From: Podarcis filfolensis
Taxonomy: Eukaryota
Strand: one strand, 5' to 3'
Length of the DNA: 64,000 nt
Assembly: GCA_964270895.1 (NCBI GenBank)
Contig: OZ185437.1
Shown here: in pieces, positions 38,691 to 52,124 of the stretch
How the letters are laid out: every line of letters begins with the position of its first letter
Position numbering within the stretch: position 1 is the first letter of the stretch
Made by a program: the position numbers and the translations under genes
Notes under the pieces: model-generated
Told to the model about the DNA's origin: nothing
Databases searched by the model: none
The model's input: only the letters and a program-made list of their open reading frames with translations

Positions 38691-39815
38691 CACCTAGGAG
38701 GGCAAACGCCACAAGCACCCTCAAGGAAGACCTGGGATGTGCCCTTGGCCTGCAGTGGAAGAAAGGAATGTTAATATTCAGTTGGCTGTGATTCCTGAAT
38801 TGCCAGGAGTTGGACTAAATGATCCTTGAGTCCCTCCTAACTCTACAGTTCTATGACACTATGATTTATGAAATTGCTTGTATAAATCAGAAGTTGTTTG
38901 CACAAGCTGGCTCCACCAGGTTTTTAACTCCCCACTTGAAACTGCTGCCTGCATTGGCTTGTGAAGAGACATTCAAGTGCCACCATGAATACAGTTGTAG
39001 TTTTAGCTCACTGGTACTAGCCTACAGTGGTCTCATTTGAACATCACAAATGTTTCAATCCTGACCACTTTGCTTGTCCCCACTTGCGCTGGAAGAAACT
39101 AGTCCCCGTCCCTGGCTTAGTGTTACATCTGAACTAAGGATCACAATTTATTTCATTCCCCAAAACCCCACAATCTGTAGCCAAGGTTTGTTGGTTTACT
39201 GACCATGATTTGTTGGAGCAAGAAATACCACAATTTCTGGTACAGAAATAACATTAATTCAGGGAATTGTTTCCATACCAGTGAGGATGAGAGAAAGAGC
39301 CTTACCATGACATGTGAACTGGAATGGCCTGGAAATGCATTCAATAAGTCTGATCTTGAGCACTGAGACATGTGTGAGTGACCAGCTTGTGGATTAATAG
39401 CCTCATATAACAAACATGCTTAAGACAAATTAATGCATGAAGGGGTTAACACCACAGAACAAGCTGTCCTGCCAGGCTTAGCTAGATCACTCCCCCTTAT
39501 CTTGGGAGGGAGGGTTATCAAGCCTTTGTTCTTCCCATTCTGCCATGTGAACCCTACCAGTAAGCATGTCTAAACTAGATTCTCCAAGCTTAGACTGTGT
39601 GTCTTCAGTGAGCTGTCTTTTTTCTATACCAATAATTTAGAAGCTCTCACCACTTTGGAACCTAAGTTATACTGTCTATGTGTCCTGACTACCATGTTGA
39701 AAAGCACAAGAATCTGACGTTTGAAGACTTTGTAAGTGAATCATTTTTAACTTACCAAACGTGTGGTCTCTTTCTATGTTAAGATAAGAGGTGAACTTTG
39801 GAAGCAACATAAAAA

Positions 39816-40162
39816 AAGGTAAAGTTAAAGGACCCCTGACAATTAAGTCCAGTTGCGAACGATTCTGGGGTTGTGGCGCTCATCTCACTTTACTGGCCCA
39901 GGGAGCCGACGTTTGTCTGCAGTCAGTTTTTCCGGGTCATGTGGCCAGCATGACTAAGCTGCTTCTGGCGAAACCAGAGCAGTGCATGGAAACGCTGTTT
40001 ACCTTCCCATCAGAGTGGTACCTATTTATCTACTTGCACTTTGACGTGCTTTTGAACTGCTAGGTTGGCAGGAGCAGGGACCAAGCAATGGGAGCTCACC
40101 CCGTCGTGGGGATTTGAACCCCTGACCTTCCAATTGGCAAGCCCTAGGCTCAGTGGTTTAGA
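39816..40162 (-). mobile_element. Sauria-type SINE
   Basis: ggtaaag tail, gacccctgac, tacctatttatctacttgcac core, B-box-like region; slightly 5' truncated. Confidence 0.85.
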
Positions 40163-41207
40163 TATTTTAAAAGCTTAACAACCTATATTTCCACCCTTCA
40201 CTTTGCTACATATTTTGTGATACTAAATCTCTACTGGGGTGCTCTCACCCAAGAGTACTTGCTCCAAACATCCAGGGAATTCTCCTTTTATATCTATATA
40301 TATTTTCTTTAACCAAAACAAAAAACCAACACAGGTCATGGTAAGCAAGGAGTCAGCAATTTCAAACAGGTTCCTAGCAGCTGTCAAAAGTCTACTAGCT
40401 GTTTTGAAGTAGCCTTGCATTGTGGGTTAGGCTGTAGCTGTCACATATACAAGTGAAGATCATATTCAAGATCATGGAGGTTTAAACTCATGGTGGTAAA
40501 CTAATAATAATAATAAATAAAAGCTTTGGCCAGAGCCAGAGAAAACTGCAAATGCTGGAGCAGGGTGGGGAAATCAATAGCCAGGGTCTCATGCAGAAGA
40601 ACACCTACACATCTGCTTCAAAACTTTATTGGACTAAAGCCCAGGGTTGCACACTGCTCTCAAAAAGCATTAAAATGCTCTCTGGGGATAACAAAAAGCT
40701 GGAGATTTTGAGCTGCTCTACTACCGTAAAAGTGTTAAACTGCAGTAGTAGTAACAATTTTATTTGTTTAGCAACGAGCCATTACAAAGATAAAAGACAT
40801 TTAGAGTCGAGCCACAAATTGGGCTCTTAATTTTCTGGCAGCTAGCGCAAATAGAGAAACATGCAAAGTAACATAATGTTTCTTGTCCAACAGCAAAAAG
40901 CACACAAACTCACTTGATTTAGCATTCCCCCCCGCCACCAGCTATACTCAGATATTTTTCATAAGGATCTTTATATGGAGGGCACTGCATAATGGAGTGA
41001 ACAACATCCTCTATAACCATTTTACAAAACACACAGAAACTCTGTTCTAAGGGTAACTTTTTTTTTATAATCACGGCCTTCCAGAAAGGCAGGGGACATA
41101 AAAAGTCTTAATTCTGTAAAAGTAATTCTACATGCATCCAAAGTAACTAACTGTAACATATGTGAAAATAAAATAAATGTAGCACATGCAAATGTAAAGT
41201 TTCTTCT

Positions 41208-41330
41208 TGGATAGAGTGTGGTGCTGCTGATAACACCGAGGTTGCAGGTTCAATCCTCGCACGGGGCAGCTGGATATTCCTGTATTGCAGGGGGCTTGGA
41301 CTACATAATCCTCAGGGTCCCTTCCAACTC
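41208..41330 (+). mobile_element. tRNA(Ile)-like SINE, tail cut by BovB
   Basis: tagagtgtggtgctgctgataacaccgaggttgcaggttcaatcc...cctcagggtcccttccaactc. Confidence 0.75.
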
Positions 41331-41642
41331 TTGTTGTTGTTTAGTTGTTTAGTCGTGTCCGACTCTTCGTGACCCCATGGACCAGAGCACGCCAGGCACG
41401 TCTGTCTTCCACTGCCTCCCGCAGTTTGGTCAAACTCATGCTGGTAGCTTCGAGAACACTATCCAACCATCTGGTCCTCTGTCGTCCCCTTCTCCTTGTG
41501 CCCTCTATCTTTCCCAACATCAGGGTCTTTTCCAGGGAGTCTTCTCTTCTCATGAGGTGGCCAAAGTATTGGAGCCTCAGCTTCACGATCTGTCCTTCCA
41601 GTGAGCACTCAGGGCTGATTTCCTTAAGAATGGAGAGGTTTG
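41331..41642 (-). mobile_element. 5'-truncated RTE-BovB LINE, 3' end
   Basis: Reverse complement closely matches 7729-8094; same peptide in ORF 41341-41673. Confidence 0.9.
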
Positions 41643-44600
41643 GGAAAGGGATGCCAGAACTCACCATGAACACTTCCTTGTTCTCTTATAATGGCAATGG
41701 TGTCCACCTGAGAGGTGCTGGAACTGAGTTCCGGTTGGAAAAAGCCCTGTTCGCATTCCAGATGGGCATGACTCACAAAAAATGCAACAGCATCCAATCT
41801 CTAACACCCAGAGACAGATATAATTCCCACCACCCCAGGAAAAGGAACTAATAAAAGCCTCAAACCCCAAAGCTTTCAGGGATGCTGGATTTTGTAGGTT
41901 AAGTAGCATAACTGTGGAGAAGTGGTGTGCGTAAATCATGTCACAAAATCAAAGGATCTTATACATCCTATGGCATTTATATCATTTAGGTGCACTGTGA
42001 GAATCCTGTTGGTTTTTTAAATGCTAAAATGGTTAATAAAAATATGTAATGTATAGAAGACAGCTGCATAAATACTGCAGCCCAGAGACAGCTCTGACAG
42101 ATGCCGTCTTGCTGACAGATTGTGAAGACAAACATGTAATTATTCTGTCATAAAATTTTCCAAGATATTTCAACATTAGGTTTATCGCTAGTCTGCTTCA
42201 GTTGAAGACAATGGCATGTCCTTTCAAAGCTTCCAGAAGAAAGCCTATGGCGTGTTTTCTTGCCCTGGTTGGGGAAAAAAAAACATTTTGGTGCTAATTT
42301 AACTGCAATGGGAAGGAAGGAGGGAGGAAGTATGGGTGATTAGCAGAGTTATAGTGTATGAAGATGAATCTAACTGACCCGTCCCTTTGCAATTCAGGAG
42401 GCACATCCACTTTAACATATGTTGAACAGCAATGTGATGAACTCAGCATCTATAAACCTTGACTGCCGCTGTTACAGATAATGCTCTTTTTGTCCTCATC
42501 ATGAAGTGTAAAGGGTGGCATGCTCAGGAATTCTGGAACTAGGAATTCACTGAAAATGGAGACAACAGGGAGACAGATGCCTTTTAAAGTTAGGAACTGA
42601 ATTTGTCAATGAGAGGCTGAAATCTCATCTTAAGATTTTGGTGCAAAGCATAGAGTTTTGCCACCAAGGGAACATCCAGCCACCATTCTATGCAAGCAGT
42701 GTTCCAGTGAGGCTGACTGCCTTTAAAGTGCTCTGCATCTTATGATATTTGAGTGATTTGATTGTACGTCACCATGGGATTCTTCATCTTATTTATTTGA
42801 ATGGGGTTGGTGGGTCAAAAATACTCTTATAAAATAAGATAAAAAGTGTTCATAGGATGGAAGCCTTACTGCCTCTTGTTTTGGTACAATAGTGCTTGGT
42901 ATCTAGTTCTGCTAGACAAGGGGTGCTCAGTTTGATGTTCCATTGATATTGTGGAACACCAGCTCCCATAATGCCTGATCATTGGCTGTGCTGGCTGGTC
43001 GGGTGGGAGCTAGATAACATCTGGAGGCCACCACATTGGCTACATTCATATTACTCCTGAATATGTGAGTTGTAGATGACTGGCGTTCTGATTCAAAGCA
43101 CTAATCACCAGCTCTGTGATTGCTCATGTGTGTGTGTGTGAAGTGGGGAAGTAACTGTAGCAGGCATAGCAGAAATGTTCACTATTCAGAAGATATAGAA
43201 GCGATAATGTATTTAAGTCAGTGTCACCACTACCACCTTAGGTACTGTGTCCCAATGGGAAAACAATGAAATAGAAAAGGAAGGGAATTCACAGATGATC
43301 AAAACTGTGCCATGAAGAAGGAAGCAAAATACCGAAAGTGCACATATCAGCAGCTGAAAGCTCCTTACAGTCCCAATTCAGTGTTTCAAAGATCTTACAG
43401 TGATGAGACCTTGAAACTTAAAAAAGAAAGAAAGAATCTAAGAGTTGAAATCTTAATTAATAGCAGGATTTCTATACAGGCTGAAGCCACATCTGTGTGC
43501 AATATAAATGTGAAGGTTTTATCCTACTACAGGGACAGTGGCTCACCATATCTTAGCAATTTTCCTAGTATAATATTTTTCACTAATATAGGCATTTTAA
43601 TGCACAGTTTGTTGAAGAAACAGAATTTGGAGAAGAGCGGGTTACACAAAAATAGCTGTGTTCTTGCTCATCTATTGTTTCATCAAGTGCAAATTAGATA
43701 AGTTCAAATTAGATAAAACTTGAACCAAACTGATTTTTTACTCCTGGATGCATATGAAAGGTGGCTCAGGGCAGAAGACCTCTGCATGCTGCTGAAATCC
43801 ATAGCAGGGGGGGACAGGTCTAAGTGGCAATTAAAATTATCAGCAGGGCACATAGTATAGCACCATGGCATTATACAACTTTAGAATGCAGGTAAAAAAA
43901 TGTGTGTTTAAATATGCTCCCATTTCAAAATATTTCACAAAACCAATAAAACGAATTTATGGCAGGCTGTGCTTATTTAGTGAGGCTAGAAGAACATTAC
44001 TGAAAAAGACATTTATCATAATAAGGCAAGGTGCTTTGTGGGAGGTATTAAAAATGTAAAAAAATGAAAATACAGTCAAATTCTGAATATCTTTTGAGAA
44101 TGAACAGGAAGAGAGAGAAAATAGGGCAATGAGGATAAATTCAAATGGGGGAGGGAGAGGGAAAGGGAGAGAAGGGTGCCCCCCCCCCCGTTTTCAGAAG
44201 AAAATTGAAGAAAGCATTGGATTGTATTATGAACCTGCAACTGAAGAATGAGCACATGGGATTTAGTTTCCTTTGATGAATGGCTGTCTCCATACCATAT
44301 CTCCGTTGAGGCCAAATAATAATAATAAATTTTAATAAATCCTGCAAAATATCTTTTAAAGCTACAAATAAATGCTTTGCAGGTAAAGGCAGCATCTATA
44401 CTGGAGACCGTGTAGGAGTGGATGGATGCAGTGAGAGGGAGTTCCAAGGCTGAAACAAGATCCACTCTTTCCTTGGAGAGGCAATTAGATTTGAGCCCTT
44501 CAGAGATATTCCCTTTACCCCCACCACCACCCCAACTTAAATTGTGGGAAAAAAGAAAAGGTCAGGGAGAGGTAACTGACTGTGCCGTCTGTTCCTGTCA

Positions 44601-46026
44601 CAATTGTGCCTTTTGCCCCTTCTTTTGGTATGTATATCCGTCATAACAGTAAAACGTACACACACAGAGATATGTACAGATGTTCCCTTATGTCAAGATG
44701 CCTTTCAAGTGCTGGGAAAGAACCTCATCTTTCCAAAACAGCATTTGCTTTAAAGCGTCCCGGCACTGGACTGCTTTCATCTAAAAACTGCAATCAGCTT
44801 CAAATATGGGGCGTTTTGAAGCAAAATGTTCTCGCTTTGATACGATTGTGGAAAGTTGTGTTTTAAAGAGATCCTTTCTTAGCTTCTCTAGGGAGTTCAC
44901 ACATAGGAGAGACACACAGCATAGGTAGTAGGCAGAAAAAATGAAGCTGTATTCAAGCCAAATCCAATACAAACTTATGTCATAAATAAATCCCATTTAA
45001 CTCAGCGGAGTTTACCGGTATTTGTAAATGAACATGTATTGAATTGCACTGTCAGGATGTCAGAAGACATAAAGGAAGGGGCTGAGGGAAGCTTTCTTGC
45101 ATTAGGGAGGAGCTTCTCACTGAATTTACTGTATGAACTCTAGTCCTGGAAGGGAGTAGGTTCTGGAAAAAGTGAGGAGTTATGATGGGGATATGCAATT
45201 CACCAGTAGACTTGGAAACTATGGTTAGGTGATGATGCTACACATCAGAGGCAAAACCCAGTATCTCCTCTGGCTGCCATTTCTTAGCTCCAAATCATCC
45301 CAGCGATATTTTTTCTCTCACACCGAATTCTAAAAACCCCAAAACACCGACTAGCCTTTGGCAAACTTAACTAGATTGATATGGCCTGGAGGGGGTAAAT
45401 TGAGGTTTTGTTTTCATATCTTTTGCTCTTTTTTGTAAGTGTTATTATATATTGGAAGCAATAAAACTATATGTGTTGAGGGCGGGGAATTCTAAAAACA
45501 TGTTTTTAGCACTCTTCTTTCCTACCCACTGACCCTCTCTGATACTGTAAGCATTCACCCCTTGCTCATACCATTCTCCACTATCTCAGCAAATCTCAGG
45601 ACCATGGACTTGGTGGTACAACATCCAGTTTGGTCCTCATTCATAGAACTGATGAGAAAAACAGTAAAGCTCTTCACAGCCCGGGGAAAAGGAGGGCCTC
45701 CTGTTTTTCAACAGCAATTTATCATGCCTATTAACAGCAGTGTTTTAAAATATATGTTTATTATGCCCTAAGGCAGCTTCTGTGATATTCTCTTTAGGTT
45801 AAGTGAGCTCTTTTGAAGTCCTGCAGCCAAAACATAATTGCACATATTTTTTAGTATTTTGAGGGCTACAGTTAAATGATACTGTAGGTGTATGGAACAG
45901 CCTTCTGTTGTGTTTTTTTCATTTGAAAAAAAAAGATCATGAGATTGTGATCAGTTGCTGAGGGCATCCTAGTGGTCCCTCTCACCACTATTTCTTTAGT
46001 CACATTTGGAGTATCCCATGACTGCA

Positions 46027-46061
<35 letters not shown>

Positions 46062-46070
46062 TTACTACTA
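46027..46070. repeat. (ACT)n trinucleotide microsatellite
   Basis: Directly visible. Confidence 0.95.
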
Positions 46071-46379
46071 GAAAATGTTATGGCATCTGCTGTGTAATGT
46101 CCAGATTAGTTTGGAGAAGTTCTGTTAAAGCTTTTTAACAGAACATTGACAACACATAGATGTCCAGCAGAAGTTCTTCACTTGTTAAAAGCAAGCATGA
46201 GGAGTTTGTAATCCTGTATGAGGTCCATAAACACAGAGAAGATGCATGCTGCACTAGTGACATGCTTGCCAGGGTCCTGTGACTCCTGGTTTTACAGACA
46301 TTTCCATAATTGATGTCTTTTTGACTTAGCAGCTAGGAATCTCCTAGGAAGAGTATCCAGAATTTAGTATCCAGAATTT

Positions 46380-46680
46380 CACCTTCTCACCCCTTGCTTT
46401 TTCCTGTAAGACCTATTGCAGTCATTAAGAGTCATCAACAGGCTCATCACAGCTATCTGCCAATCACCCATTCCCACCACCCTTCTGAGTAATACCCCTC
46501 CCCACCTTCTCACTATATAGAAGGATCTGGCAACTTCTGTTTCAGTGTATCTGAAGAAGTGTGCATGCACACGAAAGCTCATACCAAGAACTAACTTAGT
46601 TGGTCTTTAAGGTACTACTGGAAGGAAAAAAAAATTTTTTGTTTTGACTATGGCAGACCAACACGGCTACCTATCTGTAA
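46380..46680 (+). mobile_element. Penelope-like element terminal (pseudo-LTR) fragment
   Basis: TATA-like ctatatag, hammerhead core, gttggtctttaaggtactactgg end; flanked by repeated ccagaatttag. Family assignment is from recalled reptile Penelope-like ends. Confidence 0.65.
46547..46584 (+). ncRNA. Minimal type I hammerhead ribozyme motif
   Basis: gtat-CTGAAGA-a-gtgtgcatgcacac-GAAA-gc-TC-atac: stem I gtat/atac, stem II perfect palindrome, AGCU palindromic stem III. Confidence 0.7.
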
Positions 46681-46779
46681 CCAGAATTTAGCTATCCAGC
46701 TAATTTTATTCATTTATTTAATTGCTCCCTGTGAAACATCCTGAAGCTATTTAACAATAAAAAAATCAACAGTACTGTA

Positions 46780-47140
46780 AAAGGTAAAGGACCCCTAGAC
46801 AGTTAAGTGCAGTCGAATTCAACTATGGGGTGCAGCGCTCATCTCCACTTTCAGACTAAGGGAGCCAGCATTTGTCCACAGACAGGGAAACATGTGGCCA
46901 ACATGTCTAAACTGTTTCTGGTGCATGGAACAGCGTGACGAGTGCCCGAGCGCACAAAAACGCTGTTTACCTTCCTGCCACAGCATTACCTATTTATCTA
47001 CTCATGCTGGAAAGCTTTCAAACTCCTAGGTTGGCAGGATCTGGGACAAAGCAACGGGAGCTCACCTCGTCATGTGGATTCGAACTGCTGACCTTGTAAT
47101 ATTGCAAGCCGAAGAGGTTCAGTGGTTTAGACCACGTCCC
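46780..47140 (-). mobile_element. Sauria-type SINE
   Basis: Same body as the other three copies, with (ACCTTT) tail. Confidence 0.85.
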
Positions 47141-47646
47141 AACATATCTAAAAGACAATTTCCAAGTCCAGTACAGGCCCAGGCTAGGATAGAATCCTCC
47201 ACTTAAAAGGCTAGTTGGGAAAGGAAAATCTTCAACAGGTGCCAAAAAGATAATAGGGGTAGCACCTGTCTGATATGTTATAGGGGTGTGTTGCTGATAT
47301 GCTTCAAATCTTCAGTCCTAATCTCTGCCTCTAAAGGACTGTGAACTGAAGCCAAATGTTGGAATACTTCTGTCTCTTTTGTCAACTGGTGTATTGCTTA
47401 ATTTCACTTTGAAGTGTACAGCTTTGGGATCACTTCCTATACTTGTGATTTGATGGACAATAATAATACACCATAAAATGACATTTTTGTGAGCGCATGA
47501 GTGAGCCCTGCATTTGCTTGAAACATTTCTGCTTCAGCCTTTACTCTTGTAAGGAAGACTTGGTGTGTTCCACTTCTCCCTCCCTCCCTCTGAGCTGCCA
47601 GCTGCATGTGTGGTTCACTCTTTGATAGCAACTCAGGTCTTTAGGA

Positions 47647-47783
47647 CAAGGATGGGGAACTTGTGGTCCTCCAGACAGTTGGACTCCTAACTCTCATCAA
47701 ACCTAGCTGACATGGCCAATGGTCAGGGATGATGGGAGCTGTGGTCCACCGTCATCTGGAGGGCTGCAGGTTTCCCATCTCCG
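47647..47783. mobile_element. Palindromic ~130-bp MITE (ggactacaactcccatca family)
   Basis: Imperfect inverted-repeat body; decayed relatives at ~34146-34275, ~42925-43045, ~59880-60015. Confidence 0.6.
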
Positions 47784-49783
47784 TAATAGGTCATCAGGTG
47801 CAATAGATGCCACTATGTCTCTTTAAACTAGTTTATAGCTTCATCTCCTAGCAAACATGAAAGTATTTACCATTGGAGGTTTCTTGCGGCTACAGGTTAC
47901 CCAGGGAATATTTACAAGGCTAGTACTTTTCAGAGTCTAAAATAGAATGTAGACATTTTTCAGCCAAGTCTTTTATTTCATTCTAAATAGGTACTTGTGG
48001 CTAAGTGACATGTCCAACCCCACCTTCTGACATTAAATCCCAGGTGTTTGATATTGGGTTTAAATATCTAAAGCAAATTGGTACAAATTCCTCTTAAGGA
48101 ATTAAATTGCAATGTCTGAGGTTTTGCTGTTGCTGTCCTGGAATTAAAATGGTACTTTAAAAAAGAAATCCCTTAAACCCAAAATATGTACAACACAAAC
48201 TCTCTTAAACTAGTCAAAACAAGTCTTGCCTACTAATGAAGCTGGCAATGAAACAGAAGCCAAAACAAGTCTGGGGATAAAAGGCAATTTCGATATCCAC
48301 TTTTCATGTGCGTGCAAAGGAAAGGGAGATACTGAGATACAACAAGAAAACAGGAGCCTTTTGGCCTTTTACCTTTGGAAGGTACATTTAAATGATACCA
48401 CAACATATGATTAGGTGGCTAGGGTTTAAATTGCTGCTCAGACATAAAGCTTCATAAATACGATCCAGGTATAAAGAGCCACATTCTCTTGTGCAGCATG
48501 CATTCCTTTATCCCTTCTGTACTGTGGAAGAAGATCTACATAAACATATGCACACATTACTTTTGGGGTAATAAATTAAGGAAAGGTGTGCAAACATCAC
48601 TTCCCCAAGGGAAGCCCCAATGATGGCAAAACCAGGAGGCTGTAACAACCCTCCGGTTCACGTTGCAATGCATCATTCTGACGTTTCTCCTTCAACTGCA
48701 CAGGTCACTGAAAGAGCTGTGTGAAATGCATGCTTCCTCAAGGCTAGGCCACTTTTCCATATGTGGAGAAGGGAGTATTTATCACAAGGAATGGGATACA
48801 ATCAGAGCAAACCCACATATTACGAAGTTCCAAAAAAGCTTACCACTTTCCAAGTGTGTTGTTCGCAAATTGAATGCTGAAGAATCTAGGTAACGAGCAT
48901 TTGGCACCCCATCTCTCACCCCACGCTATACCCTCAAAAATGGCTGAAAGGGAACATGATTAGTCCAGCCAATTTGGCATAAAAAAACTAGTGGGCATTT
49001 ATACATTATTCTTGTAAATAAGAAAGGCTGAACTGTAAAATTCTAGAGCAATTTCTCCACAACAGTTGTGGGAACAAAAATACCTCATTGCACATATATT
49101 AGAGGACATTTATGGAAAGGTTTCTTACTCATTAGGACTGAGTTTTTTTCATTCCTGCACCCCTTTCCTTTGGTCATAGACAGTACCCCAAGTGACAGGA
49201 TCTGAGGAGCAGAATGGTGCATCTGTCCCATTGAAAACTACATGGCTAACTTTTTGCTCACCTGAATAATATACCGATGATCAGATACAGTATGGGATTA
49301 AGGAGAAATCCAGTTCAGGCTGACTAGCAACCAGGAGGAGTGTTTACTTTCATGTCCATTAGGTTGTTCATTAGCTTAGTTCATCAAAAGCTACTTGTAC
49401 TAGCATCTTTTTTAAAATGTGCTTATTCTGAATCAGATAGGCTAAATTGATGGACAGAACAGTTGAGCTGCCTTTTGGATTCCCATTACTTCTGAGATGG
49501 ACAAGGATTCATCCAAACAATAGGTTTTTTGAGCTACTAAACATTGCTCTTTGCCTACAAGCTACTAGGGAACTTGCAAATCATCTTGTAGCTTACAGCA
49601 TTTTTAAAGCATGTTTCTAATTAGCACTGTAATGCTCTTATTAATTTATATATAGCTGGAAAAGTTAGTGCTGTGTGTTGCTTTTCCTGGATTATGTTCC
49701 AGCCTAATGTTGCTTCCTTTCAAAATGCTGACATTTTTTTCTCATTGGTAAGCTGTATGAACAGAAGGCAATTGGCAAAGGAA

Positions 49784-50169
49784 GGGATGCAGGTGGCGCT
49801 GTGGTCTAAACCACTGAGCCTCTTGGGCTTGTTGATCGGAAGGTCGGAGGTTTGAATCCACACAACAGGGTGAACTCCTGTTGCTGTCCCAGCTTCTGCC
49901 AACCTAGTAGTTCGAAAGCACACCAGTGCAAGTAGATAAATAGGTACCACTGTGGCGGGAAGCTAAATGGCATTTCCGTGCGCTCTGGCACTCGTCATGG
50001 TCCTCTGTGCACCAGAGGTGGTTTAATCATGCTGGACACATGACCCAGAAAACTTTCTGTGGGCAAACACCAGCTCCTTCAGCCTGAAAGCGAGATAAGC
50101 GCCACACCCCATAGTTGCCTCTGACTGGACTTAACCATCCAGGGGTCCTTTACCTTTTACCTTTACCTA
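49784..50169 (+). mobile_element. Sauria-type SINE, full length
   Basis: gggatgcaggtggcgctgtgg A-box head, ggtttgaatcc B box, tttacctttt tail; TSD tggcaaagga at 49773-49782 and 50172-50181. Confidence 0.88.
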
Positions 50170-50213
50170 AATGGCAAAGGACAACCTGCAAAGCATTCAC
50201 TTTCAAAATTGCC

Positions 50214-50219
50214 TTTATT
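50214..50219 (-). terminator. Candidate STX7 polyadenylation signal (AATAAA), implying ~1.8 kb 3'UTR
   Basis: tttatt on plus strand after an AT-rich, TE-free stretch downstream of the stop, followed on the minus strand by a GU-rich tract; not confirmed. Confidence 0.4.
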
Positions 50220-52028
50220 TAGATGGTGCAATCCAAATTTAGATTGTAGATACTTTCAGTTTTCCCCAAATCACAAGTCTCAGAGCTTATCATGTAAACA
50301 TTGCTTCTCTATCAAACTGCATACAAAAGATGTATAAGCTAGAGATAATATTTGTGCAATACATTTTAATTACTTCAATAATATATTAAAAAATAACCTG
50401 ATTAGTTCGCAGATAACAATGAATAACTTTTCCAATATATGTTACTACAAAATGGAACCAAAAATAATAATAATCAAGTTGTTGCTTTTTTAATAAAAAA
50501 AACCTCAGGACTTGAGAGAATTAAATTCAGCTTAATCATCTGGAAGTCAAAACTTTCCAAACTCTGTTCTGGACTCCTAGTACTTACTAATACAATGAGG
50601 GATCGATCACTTTGTTAAAAACAGAAACACCAGGTTTGATGTTTATATTGGCCTGAGAGCCCTGAATTCAAGCAGTACACAACTCAGAAATTTCACTAGT
50701 CACCATCATATACAGGAATATGAAGACCAAAGTAGTAAAGATAGTGAGGTTATCCATCACCAGATCACCTGATGTTGTTTTTAAAGGGTAAATGCAGAGG
50801 CAAACCCTTTTCCCTTCAGATTGGGGCCATGAAATGGGACATGGTGGATCCTGTCCCCATGCTGTATTCCCAATCCAAATGGCTTTCTTCTTCTCAGCTG
50901 CTTTGGTCCTGTGGGGGATCTTGTCCAGATGTTCACAAGTATACAAATCCATGATTGTGAATCCCCCACTGCCCCAATCCAGCTGTGTTGCCTTGAGTCA
51001 CAAACCAACTAAAAACAGTTTTCTAGTTAGGAATGTGTACATTATTGGAGATTCAAATCAGAGAGCCAAGTTTGAAGCTAAGCCACTATACATATTAATT
51101 TCGCCCGTATACTTTAAACTTCAAATACCTAACAAGTACATAAATTAAGGTGCAAATCTTAGCTAATTTTTAAATGTATTCCAAAGACTTATCTTTTAAA
51201 GATAAGTACAAACACACAGCCTATCATTATCAAACCCTTTTTTGCTAGATTAGCCTTTGCCAAGTTTGCTGATACCCAGTATCAGGTTTTAATATCAAAA
51301 TATGAAGAGAAAGATACCGTTCTTTTGTAAAACAGAAAATGCACATTTAGTCCAAAAAAGTTTCAGAAAGATTAAGTCAGAAAGGTAACAACCGAAGCAA
51401 GGCTCCAACCTCCAGTAACCCAGTTATTAGATTTCAACTGTGCAGAGAGTCAGTCAGTGGAAAGAGATTTCCACTAGTTTATGGAAAGAAATCCTTGGGA
51501 CTGTGTGTGTGTGTGATCTCAGAAATGAGAAATGTTTCACTTAGTCCAGAGATACAGGTTAATATTAACAGTCATTGAAAGTGATTGATGAATGAATTGT
51601 TGCAGTAAATTAACTTGGCCCTATAAAGTTGGGGGTTAAGCTGACATATCAAACAGCGCGTTTGACAATTTGCATCCTGCTCACAAGCCCCTCTATGATG
51701 CCTCTAAAGGGTTCAGCTGAATGACCTTGCAAGACAACTCTGTGTGTATGTGAAAGCCTGGCCTACTTGATCAACAGATCCACACCTGGAGGTAAAGAGA
51801 AGAGTAGTAAGCACCATATAAGAAGTTGCCTATACCTTGATCGAGTATTGGCAAGTTACATTGCCGCGATGAATTCAAATTAATTGTACTACACAAGCTG
51901 AGGGGGAAGCACTCGTGGATTAAAAATGCATCTTGTGACAAAGCAGAAGTGATAAAGATGGGCACATCATTTACTGAACAGCTTCACAATGAGACATGAC
52001 TGGAAACTCTACTACGTAATTTAGCACA

Positions 52029-52124
52029 TCATGATTTTGTTATTCCCCAGATGATGAGGCCAAGGATAGTTGCTCCTGCAACAAGCACAAGAATGAGGAT
52101 ACACAATTTCTTGCGGGACTTGCG
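52029..52124 (-). CDS. STX7: STX7 last coding exon (C-terminal TM anchor + stop)
   Basis: RKSRKKLCILILVLVAGATILGLIIWGITKS*; CAG acceptor. Confidence 0.95.
   Translation of the reverse strand, partial: RKSRKKLCILILVLVAGATILGLIIWGITKS

Noticed and set aside
42434-42553. C/D box snoRNA (GTGATGA...CTGA)
   Set aside because: Intergenic, no terminal stem or D'/C' boxes; expected by chance
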